Origin: Octopus sinensis
Taxonomy: Eukaryota
Assembly: GCF_006345805.1 (NCBI RefSeq)
Contig: NC_042997.1
Span: 199,454,001 to 199,518,000, forward strand
Length of the DNA stretch: 64,000 nt
Reading direction: 5' to 3'
The notes beneath the pieces are model-generated. The model was not told where the DNA came from and searched no databases. It saw only the letters and a list, made by a program, of their open reading frames with translations. Positions 62,130 to 64,000 of this stretch are shown piece by piece; the first letter of the stretch is position 1; each line of letters opens with the position of its first letter. The position numbers and the translations under genes are program-made.

Positions 62130-62495
62130 TGTCAGACAATTTCTGCAACCACATCATCTTTAACACCCCAGACCGCAATCCCCTCGATTATTATGTGTGA
62201 GGTGCAATTGAGCCAGAGCCCAACAAAACTCCTTCTAACATCAAAGATGAACTGACGGTAAGGATTATGGCAGCATTGACCAACTTAAACAAGGAGACCA
62301 TCCAGAAGATTTGCAGGAGATTCTGATGTCATCTGGAGGCCGTGTTTGAAGCCAATGGCGATTTTGTCGAATGAATTTATTCTTTAGTATTTCAAGATAT
62401 TTTTGTATAGTTTTGGTAAATATATCTTATAAAATGAGATGTCAGTGTTATTTCATTTTTGCATAATTTAGACAACAGTTTATTCACCACAACCT

Positions 62496-62497
<2 letters not shown>
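62130..62497 (+). mobile_element. Tc1/mariner-superfamily (maT/DD37D-like) transposase C-terminal remnant and right end
   Basis: NTPDRNPLDYYV*GAIE...DELTVRIMAA...ICRRF*CHLEAVFEANGDFVE*; the remnant ends ACAACCTG at a (TA)n run. Confidence 0.7.

Positions 62498-62498
<1 letters not shown>

Positions 62499-62533
<35 letters not shown>
62499..62533. repeat. (TA)n microsatellite
   Basis: Seen directly in the sequence. Confidence 0.95.
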
Positions 62534-62537
<4 letters not shown>

Positions 62538-64000
62538 TAGTTTAGATGAGATGCAGTTTGGGTTTGTGCCAGGGAAAAGGGAAAAGTACTACTGATGCTA
62601 TATTCCTGGTAAGGCAGCTGCAGGAGAAATACCTAGCCAAAGATAAGCCCCTGTACCTGGCTTTTGTTGACATGGAGAAAGCCTTCGACAGGGTCCCCCG
62701 ATCCCTTATCTGGTGGGCAATGAGAAAACTAGGGATAGATGAATGGTTAGTGAGAGCTGTGCGGGCCATGTATAGGGACGCCGCTAGTAGGGTGAGGGTT
62801 GGAAATGAGTACAGTGAAGAATTCCGGGTAGAGGTAGGGGTCTACCAAGGCTCAGTACTCAGCCCCCTCCTATTTATCATAGTCCTCCAGGCAATAACGG
62901 AGGAATTCAAGACAGGATGCCCTTGGGAGCTCCTCTATGCTGATGACCTTGCTCTAATTGCTGAGTCGCTATCAGAACTGGAGGAGAAGTTTCAGGTGTG
63001 GAAACAAGGATTAGAATCGAAGGGCCTCAGAGTCAATCTAGCTAAAACCAAAGTCGTAATCAGTAGGAAGGTAGACAAATCACAAACACCTTCAGGTAGA
63101 TGGCCCTGCTCGATCTGTAGAAAAGGTGTAGGTAGAAACTCTATATAAGATGCACCAAGTGTAAGCTATGGACACATAAGAGATGCAGCAATGTCAAAGG
63201 AAGGCTAACTAGGAAGATGGTTTTTGTATGTGGCAGATGCTCAGGAACAATAAACACAGAAAATGCTCTGAGACCAACTTCCGTCACTTTCCAGGGAGAA
63301 AAACTAGAAATAGTTGATAGTTTCCGTTACCTAGGTGACCAAGTCAGCAGCGGGGGCGGGTGTGCTGAAAGTGTAACTGCTAGAGTAAGAATAGCTTGGG
63401 CAAAGTTCAGAGAGCTCTTACCTCTGCTGGTGACAAAAGGCCTCTCGCACAGAGTGAAAGGCAGACTGTATGATGCGTGTGTACGAACAGCCATGCTACA
63501 TGGCAGTGAAACATGGTCCGTGACTGCTGAGGATATGCGTAAGCTCGCTAGAAATGAAGCCAGTATGCTCCGATGGATGTGTAATGCCGGTACTCACACT
63601 CGGCAGAGTGTAAGTACCTTGAGAGAAAAGCTGGACCTAAGAAGCATCAGTTGTGGTGTGCAAGAGAGACGTTTGCGCTGGTATGGTCATGTGGCGAGAA
63701 TGGATGAAGATAGTTGTGTGAAAAAGTGCCACACCCTAGCGGTTGAGGGAACCTGTGGAAGAGGCAGACCCAGGAAAACCTGGGACGAGGTGGTGAAGCA
63801 CGACCTTCGAACTTTAGGTCTCACTGAGGAAATGACTAGAGACCGAGACCTCTGGAAGTGTGCTGTGCGCGAGAAGACCGGCAGGACAAGTGAGTTCACA
63901 ACCCGTGGCCTTCTACATGGGATGGAGCCAGCCTACGTATGCATACCTTCCCTTCTTGGGACACAAAACTCCACTTGTGAAGACGTGTTGAGGCAAGTGA
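62534..64000 (+). mobile_element. 5'-truncated RTE-clade LINE (reverse transcriptase, PHD finger, C-terminus, start of 3' UTR); runs off the window end
   Basis: Motifs MQFGFVPGK, FVDMEKAFDRV, GVYQGSVLSPLLF, LLYADD, FRYLGD, RRLRWYGHV and GRGRPRKTW. Disrupted by a 7-bp duplication (~62571-62584), a 2-bp TA insertion (~63146) and a probable 1-bp deletion (~63880). Confidence 0.93.

Overview
AT-rich eukaryotic genomic DNA. The SINE families, microsatellite load and peptide sequence point to a coleoid cephalopod, most likely Octopus (inference). The window lies inside one + strand gene, a calcium/calmodulin-dependent cyclic nucleotide phosphodiesterase (PDE1). Four conserved, phase-compatible coding exons (3852-3965, 36750-36932, 48249-48315, 60733-60843) encode the regulatory/calmodulin-binding region and the start of the catalytic domain. 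The start and stop codons fall outside the window. The 33-kb intron holds a candidate in-frame 147-nt cassette exon and a possible regulated microexon. The rest is intron filled with repeats: several tRNA-derived SINE families, non-autonomous Helitrons, piggyBac and hAT MITEs, R4/Dong, Tx1, CR1 and Tc1/mariner fragments, a 5'-truncated RTE LINE with a PHD finger, and a 2.9-kb (TA/TACA)n array. The most unusual signals are minimal hammerhead-ribozyme motifs, including one in a tRNA-promoter element with a Penelope-like inverted end, and a SINE that repeatedly nests in its own copies. Almost all ORFs in the supplied track are artefacts. Repeat family names come from recalled motifs, not database searches.
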